DNA from: Candidatus Microgenomates bacterium
Lineage (GTDB): Bacteria; Patescibacteriota; Microgenomatia; Daviesbacterales; UBA10151
Assembly (NCBI GenBank): GCA_016182045.1
Contig: JACOYE010000012.1
Span: forward strand, 1 to 56,486
Length of the DNA stretch: 56,486 bases
Direction of reading: 5' to 3'
Made by a program: the position numbers and the translations under genes. The notes beneath the pieces were generated by a model. The model worked only from the letters and a program-made list of their open reading frames with translations. It was not told the origin of the DNA and made no database searches. Shown one piece after another: positions 8,546 to 17,261 of the stretch (its first letter is position 1; every line of letters starts with the position of its first letter).

Positions 8546-11110
8546 ATGCAAAATAAGCAAAGCTTGCGATCTAAAGATCTAAGACACAGACTTCCAGCTC
8601 ATGTTAAGCCTGAGAGATATAAAATTATCTTGATGCCTGATTTGGAACAATTTAGCTTTGAGGGGGAAGAAACAATTTATTTGACTTTGGAAAAAAGTAC
8701 CGAACAGATTACGCTTCATTCTGTTGAGCTAAAAATTGAGTCTGTGGAATGGGTCCACAAGGGAAGAGAAAATTGGGCAGGTAAAATCTCTTACAACCCC
8801 AAAAGAGAAACGGTCACTTTTACATTTCCTAAAAGTTTGGAAAAAGGAAGGGGAGAACTGAAGCTCAAATTTAAGGGAATATTAAATGATAAAATGCGCG
8901 GCTTTTACAGAAGTAAGTATGTTTTAGATGGAGTAGATAAGCACTTGGCCACCACCCAGTTTGAAGCAACTGATGCCCGCCGAGCTTTTCCCTGTTTTGA
9001 CGAGCCCTCACAAAAAGCCATCTTTGATGTGACTTTGATGATTTCCTCCCACACTGTGGCAATTTCAAATACCGTGGAGTCAGTGGTGAGGGAACATGAG
9101 AGCGGCTTGAAAATTGTGGAATTTGAACCAACCCCGAAAATGTCGACTTATCTCTTAGCCTTTATTGTGGGGGAATTTGAGAATATCGAAGGTCGTACCA
9201 AAGATGGGGCACTAATTAGAGTATTCACCACTCCAGGTAAAAAAGATCAAGCCAGATTTGCTTTGGATGTGGCCATAAAATCTTTGGAATTTTATGAGGA
9301 TTACTTTAAAATCCCATACCCTCTGCCGGTTTTGGATTTAATTGCCATTCCTGATTTTGCGGCCGGGGCCATGGAAAATTGGGGGGCCATCACTTACCGT
9401 GAATCAACCATTTTGGTGGAACCTGAAAAATCATCAGTTGCAAATAAACAATGGGTGGCCTTGGTGATTGCTCATGAGCTGGCTCACCAGTGGTTTGGTA
9501 ATTTGGTGACCATGGAGTGGTGGACACATCTTTGGTTAAATGAAGGCTTTGCCTCATTTATTGAGTATTTGGTCATTGATGCAATTTTTCCCCAGTGGGA
9601 TATCTGGACCCAGTTTGTGGCAACTGAGATGGGCACAGCATATTCTTTGGATGCATTGAAAAATACCCACCCGATTGAGGTTAAGGTGGGGCATCCGGCC
9701 GAGATTTCAGAAATATTTGATAAGGTCAGTTATTCCAAAGGAGCTTCAATTTTAAGAATGCTCCATGAGTATTTGGGAGGGGAGGTTTTCCAAAAGGGCT
9801 TGCAACACTATCTAAAAAAACACTCATATGCCAATGCAAAAACTGAGGATTTGTGGGTAGCTTTAGAAGAGGTTTCAGGGAAACCTGTGACAGAGGTAAT
9901 GACAAACTGGACCTCAAAAGCAGGGCATCCATTAATAAATATAAAGGAAAAAGGAAAAAGTAAAAAACTTCAGTTAACACAAGACAGATTTTTTTCTTCT
10001 CCACTCTCTAAAAAGCAAATAAAGGATAGTACAATTTGGTCAATTCCTTTAAATGGGACGTTAATGGATAAGAAGACTATGATTATCACTGATAGGGGAG
10101 AAAAATTAAATAAAGGGGAAACTAGTTTTGTTAGAGTTGATTATCCACACAAGTACTTTAAAGAATTGGAAAAAGATGTCAGGAGTGGCAAACTGCCTGC
10201 TCCGGACAGATTAGGGTTAATTAGGGACACTTTTAGTTTGGTCCAATCCGGACAAAGCCCGACCACTTTAGCTTTGGAGCTGGCTAAAAGTTATGCTAAT
10301 GAGGAAGACTACACGGTCTGGGCAGAGTTGACAAACCATCTTAGTAAGTTAGACTCACTTTTGGCATATGAAAGTTTTCATAACAATTATAAAACTTATA
10401 ACAGATATATTTATAAAAAGATTGTGGCAAAAATGGGCTGGCAGAAAAAGGCTGGTGAGAAACATACAGATGCACTTTTGAGAGGAATGGTTTTATATAA
10501 ACTGGGCAGTTTTGGGGATGAGGAAACTGTTAATATGGCAAAGAAGCTGTGGACAGGTGGGGAATATGTGGATCCAGATTTAAGAGGACTAGTTTATAAT
10601 CTGGTGGCAGAAAATGGGGGCAAGGATGAATGGAATCAACTAGTCAAGATGTATAAAGATGAGGATAATCAACAGGAAAAGGAGAGAATTGGAAGGGCTT
10701 TGGGACAATTTAAAGTTAAAACTTTACTAAAAAAGACCTTGGATTTTGCCATTTCCAAGCATGTCAGATATCAAAATTCACTTCAGATAATAGCTGTTGT
10801 TTGGAGTAATCCTTATGGCAGATATTTAGCCTGGGAATTTGTAAAGGCCCACTGGAAATTATTAAAAGAAAGATATGCGGGAGGGCATTATTTTACCAGA
10901 GTTTTTACCCCGGCTGGAGATTTTACCAAAATATCTGATGCAAAAGACATAGAGACCTTCATTAAGAAAAACCCAGTCCCAGAAGCCAAAAGAACAATTG
11001 CCCAGGTTTTAGAACAAATTTATTCCAATGTGGAATGGTTAAAAAGGGACAGGGAAAAAATTAGCAAGTTTCTAGTTGGGAAATCTGAATCTAGTAGGGA
11101 ATTGTCTTGA
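8546..11110 (+). CDS. pepN: M1 family aminopeptidase N (puromycin-sensitive type, ERAP1-like C-terminus)
   Basis: GAMENWG, HELAH..WLNEGFA, SYSKG. Confidence 0.93.
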   Translation: MQNKQSLRSKDLRHRLPAHVKPERYKIILMPDLEQFSFEGEETIYLTLEKSTEQITLHSVELKIESVEWVHKGRENWAGKISYNPKRETVTFTFPKSLEKGRGELKLKFKGILNDKMRGFYRSKYVLDGVDKHLATTQFEATDARRAFPCFDEPSQKAIFDVTLMISSHTVAISNTVESVVREHESGLKIVEFEPTPKMSTYLLAFIVGEFENIEGRTKDGALIRVFTTPGKKDQARFALDVAIKSLEFYEDYFKIPYPLPVLDLIAIPDFAAGAMENWGAITYRESTILVEPEKSSVANKQWVALVIAHELAHQWFGNLVTMEWWTHLWLNEGFASFIEYLVIDAIFPQWDIWTQFVATEMGTAYSLDALKNTHPIEVKVGHPAEISEIFDKVSYSKGASILRMLHEYLGGEVFQKGLQHYLKKHSYANAKTEDLWVALEEVSGKPVTEVMTNWTSKAGHPLINIKEKGKSKKLQLTQDRFFSSPLSKKQIKDSTIWSIPLNGTLMDKKTMIITDRGEKLNKGETSFVRVDYPHKYFKELEKDVRSGKLPAPDRLGLIRDTFSLVQSGQSPTTLALELAKSYANEEDYTVWAELTNHLSKLDSLLAYESFHNNYKTYNRYIYKKIVAKMGWQKKAGEKHTDALLRGMVLYKLGSFGDEETVNMAKKLWTGGEYVDPDLRGLVYNLVAENGGKDEWNQLVKMYKDEDNQQEKERIGRALGQFKVKTLLKKTLDFAISKHVRYQNSLQIIAVVWSNPYGRYLAWEFVKAHWKLLKERYAGGHYFTRVFTPAGDFTKISDAKDIETFIKKNPVPEAKRTIAQVLEQIYSNVEWLKRDREKISKFLVGKSESSRELS

Positions 11111-11135
11111 ATACGGACATTTTAATAAATATCAT

Positions 11136-11463
11136 TTAGTAATCTTTTAAAGCTACAACTTTTACTTCTGAAGATTTTCCCTGATGTTTCACATTCTCTG
11201 TAACCAAAAATCAGATGTATGTAACATTAACTTCTCGATCGAGAAGTTAATGAAAATTAAGTTAATTCCAGAAGACCCTTTTTAAAATCAATTGTCAGCT
11301 TAAAGTATTTAAGAAAAGATAAACCTAAAAGTCCATCAGAAGATATTTCAGAAAAGAAACGCACCCTTTATCTCACCAGTATATATAGTGGCTATTCTTG
11401 TCTTAAAACTTCAGCCAAAACCCAGGTATTCTTAAATTTTTTCTTCACTTCAGAAATTTTCAT
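11136..11463 (-). pseudogene. decayed fragments: small protein N-terminus, retropepsin-like aspartyl protease C-terminus and PIN-domain C-terminus
   Basis: Manual translation: MKISEVKKKFKNTWVLAEVL*, IATIYTGEIKGAFLF, SDGLLGLSFLKYFKLTIDFKKG, LVTENVKHQGKSSEVKVVALKDY*. Confidence 0.5.
11225..11252. promoter_or_regulatory. perfect 28-bp palindrome, operator-like
   Basis: CATTAACTTCTCGA|TCGAGAAGTTAATG. Confidence 0.55.
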
Positions 11464-11508
11464 ACAAATTCACTTTACCATATTTTTATGATAGAATTCT
11501 AGATCAAT

Positions 11509-12084
11509 ATGGCATTAAATGTCACTGATTTAAGAAATGGAACTGTTTTTAAGGAAGGGAATAATATTTTTCAGGTCCTTTCCTATGATCATGTTAAGAT
11601 GGGCAGGGGATCTGGGAATGTTAAGGTCAAGGTTAAAAATTTAAAGACGGGGTCCATTACTGAAAAGTCTTTTATGACCGGGGCCAGAGTGGATGAGGCT
11701 GAGGTAGAAAAGAAAAAAGCTCAATTTTTATACAGGGAGGGGGATCCGCCAGCTGGCGGATTTAATTTCATGGATCCTTCCTCTTTTGAACAATTTTCCA
11801 TCCCTTCTCAAGCTTTAGGCGATCAGGTTAAATATTTAAAAGAGGGACTGGAAGTAACATTGATAGTTTCTGAGGATGAAGCATTAGGGTTGGAGCTTCC
11901 CATGAGCCTGGTTTATGAAATAGCTGAAACTGGACCCGGGGAAAAAGGCAATACTGTTTCTAATGTTTTTAAAGAAGCGACCCTAGATAATGGTCTGGTA
12001 GTTAAAGTACCTATGTTTATTGGTGTTGGGGAAAAGGTTAAAGTTGATACCAGGAGTGGGGAATATGTGGAGAGGGTTAAATAA
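11509..12084 (+). CDS. efp: elongation factor P
   Basis: DLRNG, HVKMGRG, QFLY..FMD, KEATLDNG..VKVPMFI..GE.VKVDTRSGEYVERV. Confidence 0.97.
   Translation: MALNVTDLRNGTVFKEGNNIFQVLSYDHVKMGRGSGNVKVKVKNLKTGSITEKSFMTGARVDEAEVEKKKAQFLYREGDPPAGGFNFMDPSSFEQFSIPSQALGDQVKYLKEGLEVTLIVSEDEALGLELPMSLVYEIAETGPGEKGNTVSNVFKEATLDNGLVVKVPMFIGVGEKVKVDTRSGEYVERVK
11745..11756 (+). repeat. 12-nt micro-insertion TCCG-CCAGCTGG in efp
   Basis: YREGDPPAGGFNFMD; removal gives the canonically spaced YREGDGFNFMD. Confidence 0.85.
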
Positions 12085-12094
12085 GATTTGACAA

Positions 12095-12204
12095 TAGATG
12101 ATGGAAGATGGAAGATAGTATTTTGAGGATAGAAGATTGAAGATGGATTTCTAACTTCCATTTTCTACCTTCTACCACCATCTTCTATTCTCTACCATCT
12201 ATCG
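12095..12204. repeat. intergenic inverted 7-mer arrays (GATRGAA-like / TTCYAYC-like)
   Basis: gatggaa gatggaa gatagta..gatagaa gattgaa gatggat, then ttccatt ttctacc ttctacc..ttctatt ctctacc. Confidence 0.8.
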
Positions 12205-12213
12205 TCTAAGAAT

Positions 12214-13101
12214 ATGGCCAAAAGGATAACCAAAGTTTTAATACCTGCTGCTGGGTTTGGGACAAGATTCCTTCCTCAAACCAAGGCTATGCCCAAGGAA
12301 ATGCTGCCGATTGTAGATAAACCTGTGATCCAATATGTGGTGGAGGAGGTGGTAGCATCCGGGGTAGATAACATAATTATTGTGACCGGAGCCACCAAAA
12401 GAGCCATTGAGGATCATTTTGATGAGCCTAATGAAGATTTGGTGCAGAATTTAACAAATGGCAAAAAAGAAGAGCTTCTGGAGCAAATAAATAGAATCTC
12501 CAACATGGCCAATTTTATTTATGTCAGACAAAAAGGCCCTTATGGTAACGGCACCCCTGTTTTAGCAGGAGAACCGGTTATTGAAGATGAGCCATTTGCT
12601 GTTGTTTGGGGGGATGAATTTATTTTGGCTGATCCTCCAAGGCTTAAGCAGATGATTGAAGTACACGAAAAATATGGAGGCATGGTCATCTCAGGTATGA
12701 GGATTGAGCAAAAAGAGGATTTAAAAAGATATGGAGTGATGGATATAGAACCGGTTGAAGGTAATGTTTTTAAGGTAAAAAGAATCGTGGAAAAACCGGA
12801 TCCGCCGGAAGCGCCATCTAACTTGGCTGCAATTGGGGCCTATATTTTGCCTCCGGAAATTTTTACTGCTTTAAAGAGTATAAAACCTGGTAAAGGGGGG
12901 GAGCTTTGGTTAGTTGATGCCATAAACTTACTGAAGGAGCAAGGTTTACCTTTATATACTGTGGAAATTAAGAATGGCAAATATTATGACACAGGTAATA
13001 AGCTGGAATATATGAAAACAGTGGTTGAGCTGGCTTTGAGACACCCGGAAGTAGGAGAGGAATTTAACCAATATCTTAAGTCCTTAACGGACAAATCTTA
13101 A
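12214..13101 (+). CDS. galU: UTP--glucose-1-phosphate uridylyltransferase
   Basis: IPAAGFGTRFLP.TKA.PKEMLPIVDKP, IVEKP, GKGGELWL.DA, YDTG. Confidence 0.93.
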   Translation: MAKRITKVLIPAAGFGTRFLPQTKAMPKEMLPIVDKPVIQYVVEEVVASGVDNIIIVTGATKRAIEDHFDEPNEDLVQNLTNGKKEELLEQINRISNMANFIYVRQKGPYGNGTPVLAGEPVIEDEPFAVVWGDEFILADPPRLKQMIEVHEKYGGMVISGMRIEQKEDLKRYGVMDIEPVEGNVFKVKRIVEKPDPPEAPSNLAAIGAYILPPEIFTALKSIKPGKGGELWLVDAINLLKEQGLPLYTVEIKNGKYYDTGNKLEYMKTVVELALRHPEVGEEFNQYLKSLTDKS

Positions 13102-13527
13102 GGCCCAAATTACCCCGTAAACCGTGACCGCCTGAGTTAAAATACCCCAGGGAAGTTTGATGTTGCTTTGGATCTTATGTTGCCATTTATAAGCAGTAGA
13201 GTAGGGAGGGAAGTTCCAGCCCCAAAGAAGATAAGGCATCATTAAAATATCCCAAATTTCAGAGAAAAAGACGCAAGCGAGAAAGTAGATGGGATCAATG
13301 TATCTGCCAAAAATAAAAAAGGCCAGTACAATTCCTAAAATTAAATCCAGAGCCGCTTCGGCAAAAAGTGTGATTTTATTTTTCTTTCTCCATCCCATGC
13401 CTAAATCCCAGTGAGGAATCATATCCAAAACAGGGTGGGAGATTGCAGCCAAGGGTAAGCCAATGGCAGGGTTGGGAATGGAGGCAGCGATGGCCCCTCC
13501 CACAAGTGCATGTGCGGTGGCGGTCAT
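13084..13527 (-). CDS. membrane protein, putative metal-dependent hydrolase (YdjM-like)
   Basis: HALVG, SHPVLDMIPHWD, several TM segments. Confidence 0.6.
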   Translation of the reverse strand: MTATAHALVGGAIAASIPNPAIGLPLAAISHPVLDMIPHWDLGMGWRKKNKITLFAEAALDLILGIVLAFFIFGRYIDPIYFLACVFFSEIWDILMMPYLLWGWNFPPYSTAYKWQHKIQSNIKLPWGILTQAVTVYGVIWALRFVR

Positions 13528-13607
13528 AAAAAGGGTTAACTATTAGTATAACAGACTGTGTCAATGATTGGAAATTTAAAACAATTCATGTTACCCTTAT
13601 TTCTATC

Positions 13608-14525
13608 ATGTTTCCGGTACTTTTTTCAGTAGGTAAATTTGGGGTTTCATCTTTTGGTCTTTTTTTAGGATTGGCCTTTCTTTTTGGGGTATTTTTGATT
13701 TGGAGGTTGTCTCGGGCTTGGGATTTGGATGAGGAAAAGATCCTGGATCTCACCCTGTTGACCTTTGGTGGGGGACTAATAGGGGCAAGAATCTATTTTG
13801 GCATAGAACATTTTGATATTTTTTCATCAAACCCCTTAAGACTAATACTGGTTAATAAATTCCCCGGCTTTTCTTTCTGGGGCGCCTTTTTGGGTGGCTG
13901 GTTAAGTTTGTATTTTTTTGCCAAACGTAAGAGGATAGATTTTTGGCAGGTGGCGGATGTGGCCTCGGTAGGTTTTTTAGGCTCGCTGATCCTGGCTGAT
14001 ATTGGCTGTCTTTTAGGAGGATGCTCCATCGGCATAGTCAGTAATTTTCTGGCAGTACCAATGGTGGGAGTGATTGGCAAAAGATTTCCCGTTCAGGCTT
14101 TGGAGGCAATACTTTTTTTGATCTCACTTAAAATTATCTGGTGGCAAGCTACCCACTTTCATTTTAGAGGTAAGATTGTCATATTAACCCTGATTTTGGT
14201 AGGACTTATTAAATTTTTTACGGAACCCTTAAGAGCAATTCATTCAGGCGGTTATATATTTTCTCTAACTTTGGTGATTTTAGGGGTGAGTATTTTTTAC
14301 AAGCTACACTCTGGCAAAAGGACTCCTCTGTCCGATTTTCACTCGTTTATCTCTCTTCTGAGAAGTTTTCTGACTGATGGCGGAGCGAGGAAGATAATGG
14401 TAGATCACCTAAAGAGAAATTGGTATAATCAGAAGACTTCCCTTTACTGGAAGCTTAAGAGTGTAACTAAAATTTTAAGGAGGTTTCGTGTTAGGTTTTC
14501 CCACAAACAGTCTAAAGTCTATTAA
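13608..14525 (+). CDS. lgt: prolipoprotein diacylglyceryl transferase-like protein (degenerate motifs)
   Basis: MFPVLF.VG, GGLIGARI, GFSFWGAFLGG, IGC.LGG, PVQALE; about 7 TM. Confidence 0.75.
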   Translation: MFPVLFSVGKFGVSSFGLFLGLAFLFGVFLIWRLSRAWDLDEEKILDLTLLTFGGGLIGARIYFGIEHFDIFSSNPLRLILVNKFPGFSFWGAFLGGWLSLYFFAKRKRIDFWQVADVASVGFLGSLILADIGCLLGGCSIGIVSNFLAVPMVGVIGKRFPVQALEAILFLISLKIIWWQATHFHFRGKIVILTLILVGLIKFFTEPLRAIHSGGYIFSLTLVILGVSIFYKLHSGKRTPLSDFHSFISLLRSFLTDGGARKIMVDHLKRNWYNQKTSLYWKLKSVTKILRRFRVRFSHKQSKVY

Positions 14526-14847
14526 AAATAAGCTGCTCAGACAGCAGAAAGAGGTTGAGGAAAATATCAAAGAGGTGGAAGAAGATGATCCGGCCACCAC
14601 CCCATCTTTGGCAGAACCTTCCGAACCTGGAACAGATTCTTATATTGCTGAGACTCATACCAGAACTGTTGCCATCAAAGAGCAGCTAAAAAAAATTAGT
14701 GGTAATATCAAAACTGCCCTAGGAAAGATCCGAAAAGGCACTTATGGTAGGTGTGAGAAATGCGGCAGGCAAATAGAACTTGGCAGACTCCTGGCCATGC
14801 CCACAGCCCAATATTGTTTGGCTGATTCTAAAAAGATCAGCAAATAA
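14488..14847 (+). CDS. DksA/TraR C4-type zinc finger protein
   Basis: Coiled coil then AL.KI..GTYGRCEKCG..I..GRL.AMPTA..C. Confidence 0.85.
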   Translation: MLGFPTNSLKSIKNKLLRQQKEVEENIKEVEEDDPATTPSLAEPSEPGTDSYIAETHTRTVAIKEQLKKISGNIKTALGKIRKGTYGRCEKCGRQIELGRLLAMPTAQYCLADSKKISK

Positions 14848-14855
14848 TCTGTAGT

Positions 14856-14898
14856 TGACAAGTGATTTGCTTAAAGTTTACTATCAAATTAGGAGGTG
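14856..14898 (+). promoter_or_regulatory. sigma70-like promoter and SD for the heme-binding protein gene
   Basis: TTGACA-18 nt-TACTAT, then AGGAGGTG 7 nt before ATG 14906. Confidence 0.55.
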
Positions 14899-14905
14899 AA
14901 TTTTA

Positions 14906-15304
14906 ATGGATCATGCAAAGGTCAGAAAGGCCATAGAAGCATCGGAGGCCAAAGCCAAAGAGTTGGGAATCGCTGTTTCCACAGCCATAGTGGATGAGTA
15001 CGGGGATCTTTTGGCTTTCTCCAGAATGCAGGGAGCTATTAAAATCAGTCCTAAGTTCGCACTTGCTAAAGCCTACACAGCGGGAACAATAGGGATGGCT
15101 ACGGCCGATATGGCGCCATACGCTACTCCTGGTAAACCTTACTACGGGATGGATGCGTTGTTTGGAGGTGAGTTGACCACAATTGCCGGTGGTTTGCCCA
15201 TTAAAGTAGGCGACAAACTAGTCGGAGGAATCGGAGTAGGTGGCTCAGCGGATGTATCTCAGGATGTGGAGTGTGCAAAAGCTGCTTTGGCTGAACTTAC
15301 TTGA
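14906..15304 (+). CDS. GlcG/HbpS family heme-binding protein
   Basis: AIVD..G.L..F.RM, A..KAYTA, GGLPI..G..VGGIGVGG...QD..CA. Confidence 0.9.
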   Translation: MDHAKVRKAIEASEAKAKELGIAVSTAIVDEYGDLLAFSRMQGAIKISPKFALAKAYTAGTIGMATADMAPYATPGKPYYGMDALFGGELTTIAGGLPIKVGDKLVGGIGVGGSADVSQDVECAKAALAELT

Positions 15305-16371
15305 TGCTTTTTAAAAATTCTAGCAAAATCTTCACCTGGTCGCACGATTTGACAACGGCCATTATTCCAGTGGAAGACTTCCCAAAAAATCCAACCAGTT
15401 CTTTTTCCCAAGATGAAGGTCCTAAAGCTAAAATTTTTGCCAAACCAGGATTCATTGAAGTCTAAATGCCTGGGATCAGCCAAATTTTTGGCAGCATAAT
15501 CTTGAACAATAATAATTCCCCCCTGCTTTAACAATCTTTTTGCTCTTTCTATGAGGATCTGCTGTTGCAATAAGTTGAGCTGATATAAAATCATGCTCAA
15601 GATGACTGCATTAAATGAGGCTCGTGGCAATCTTGCAGAAGATAAAAGGTCAATTTTTCGAAACTTAACTTTTGTGCTTTTTCGTATTCTACTTTCAAAC
15701 TCAAAAGCAGCATCCATCAGGTTTAGTTCTTGAGGATAAAAACTGCATGCCATTCGCCATTCTCGTACTTTTGGATGGTCTGGATTTTCTTTGTCAACTG
15801 CCAAACATTGTTGCAGATTGATTCTTTTGGAAAGTAGACTTGAAACAGACTTTCCAGGAGTTTGGTCCTCAACAGAGTGGAAAGGTATCCCAACCTCGAT
15901 CCCTCTTAATCCGTAGTTACCACCACAGCCAAGATCAGCAATAAAGACAGGTGTACTATCCCAAAAATGAGCGACAATCGCATAAGGCCCGGTATATCTT
16001 TGGTAGATGGTAGTGGTGGTTGATTTTGTCCTAAGTAATTTTTCAAAATATTTTTTCGTTTCAATATTTGAGCATAAGCTTTTGAGCTCCTTATGCCACC
16101 CCCCTATGTCCAGAAGAGACCTATAAGATAAATCCTGATCCCTAAATTTAATGGCTTGGAATGCTCGATATATTAAATTAACTAAATGTTTGTAGGTAAT
16201 ATCCGAACGCCTTTTCTTGACCCTCATTAAAATATCCGCAATTGGTTCGCCACTCACTACCATTTCTACTAAACTTGCATAAAAAGCTCCCAAAACAGGA
16301 TCACCCCCCGGAGGATTATGAGATTGATCAACCAGTTCACTCAAAAGATTTGGATCAAAGACATCTTTCAT
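15259..16371 (-). CDS. divergent class I SAM-dependent methyltransferase-like protein (DUF2332-like architecture)
   Basis: ADLGCGGNYGL motif I, LAVD, IDLL, ILSMILYQL, LLKQGGIIIVQD; helical N-domain. Confidence 0.65.
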   Translation of the reverse strand: MKDVFDPNLLSELVDQSHNPPGGDPVLGAFYASLVEMVVSGEPIADILMRVKKRRSDITYKHLVNLIYRAFQAIKFRDQDLSYRSLLDIGGWHKELKSLCSNIETKKYFEKLLRTKSTTTTIYQRYTGPYAIVAHFWDSTPVFIADLGCGGNYGLRGIEVGIPFHSVEDQTPGKSVSSLLSKRINLQQCLAVDKENPDHPKVREWRMACSFYPQELNLMDAAFEFESRIRKSTKVKFRKIDLLSSARLPRASFNAVILSMILYQLNLLQQQILIERAKRLLKQGGIIIVQDYAAKNLADPRHLDFNESWFGKNFSFRTFILGKRTGWIFWEVFHWNNGRCQIVRPGEDFARIFKKHQVSSAKAAFAHSTS

Positions 16372-16418
16372 CTTTTAAGATTTTGCTCTATCATGATATC
16401 AATATAACATTTCTTAAA

Positions 16419-17261
16419 ATGGTAGCGCAAAAAAAACCATTCAAAGTTGGCTCTTTATTAAAAAGAGAAGATCGAAATTTAGCAGCTATACTATTGGCCA
16501 AGGGAGAGATTGGGGGAATATTCAACAGAGGTGTATGCGCCTTATGGTTTGACGGAGGAAACTTAAAGGCTGTGAGAAAGATCTGGAAAATAAAAGGGGA
16601 AGGAAGGAAAGGTAGGCCTGTGGCTTTAACAATTGGCTCTGAGGAATTTGTTCCCATGATTGATGAGAATGCACTTTCGGAGAAGGTGAGGAATTTATTG
16701 TATGCGCCTGATTTTAAACAAAGAGTTGGATCACTCTGTTTTATCAGAGCCCCTCTCAAGGCTTCTTACCAAAATCTTTTACCTGACCATGCCAAAAGTT
16801 TCGAAGCAGAAGGAATATGTATGATCCAAAACTGGGACCCGCATGGACATGATCCGACTGAGCAATTTTTAGATGAAGCAAGGAGGTTAGGGGTAAAACA
16901 TCCAGCCGTTACCTCAATGAATATCACGGGAGAAAGAGAAATTGTTGATCAGAATGAAGGTAAAAATTTCTGTCAAGATCACCATATCCCAATATTTTTA
17001 AACGATCCCCAAGCTCATCCAAAGCATCTTGGCTCGTACACCATTTTTACCTTTGGCGCCCACGGAATAAGGCTTGAAAGAGATGGTAATATTCCAGGCA
17101 AGTTTTTTGAAAATATTTTTGGTATGCCTGTTGATATGGAAGTTACCAAAAAACCAAACTACCCTCAGCTTGAATTTCCACCCCCTCTTTTTGAAAATCT
17201 CACCGGTTCAAAGCTCAGAGAAGCCATATTACTATATTTAAAAGGTCAAGCTGATGTTTAA
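16419..17261 (+). CDS. divergent Sua5/YrdC/TsaC-fold protein
   Basis: AAILL..GEIG..FNRGVCAL..D, AV.KIWKIKG..R..RP, AVTSMNITGE (SxN motif); start at ATG 16419. Confidence 0.7.
   Translation: MVAQKKPFKVGSLLKREDRNLAAILLAKGEIGGIFNRGVCALWFDGGNLKAVRKIWKIKGEGRKGRPVALTIGSEEFVPMIDENALSEKVRNLLYAPDFKQRVGSLCFIRAPLKASYQNLLPDHAKSFEAEGICMIQNWDPHGHDPTEQFLDEARRLGVKHPAVTSMNITGEREIVDQNEGKNFCQDHHIPIFLNDPQAHPKHLGSYTIFTFGAHGIRLERDGNIPGKFFENIFGMPVDMEVTKKPNYPQLEFPPPLFENLTGSKLREAILLYLKGQADV

Noticed and set aside
8563-8583. Imperfect palindrome CTTGCGATCTAAAGATCTAAG at the pepN 5' end
   Set aside because: May belong to the palindrome classes above, but it is a single degenerate copy and cannot be supported from this window.
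12095-12204. CRISPR array or small ORF 11913..12161
   Set aside because: Degenerate 7-mer tandem units without spacers; the ORF is a by-product of the repeat and efp antisense.
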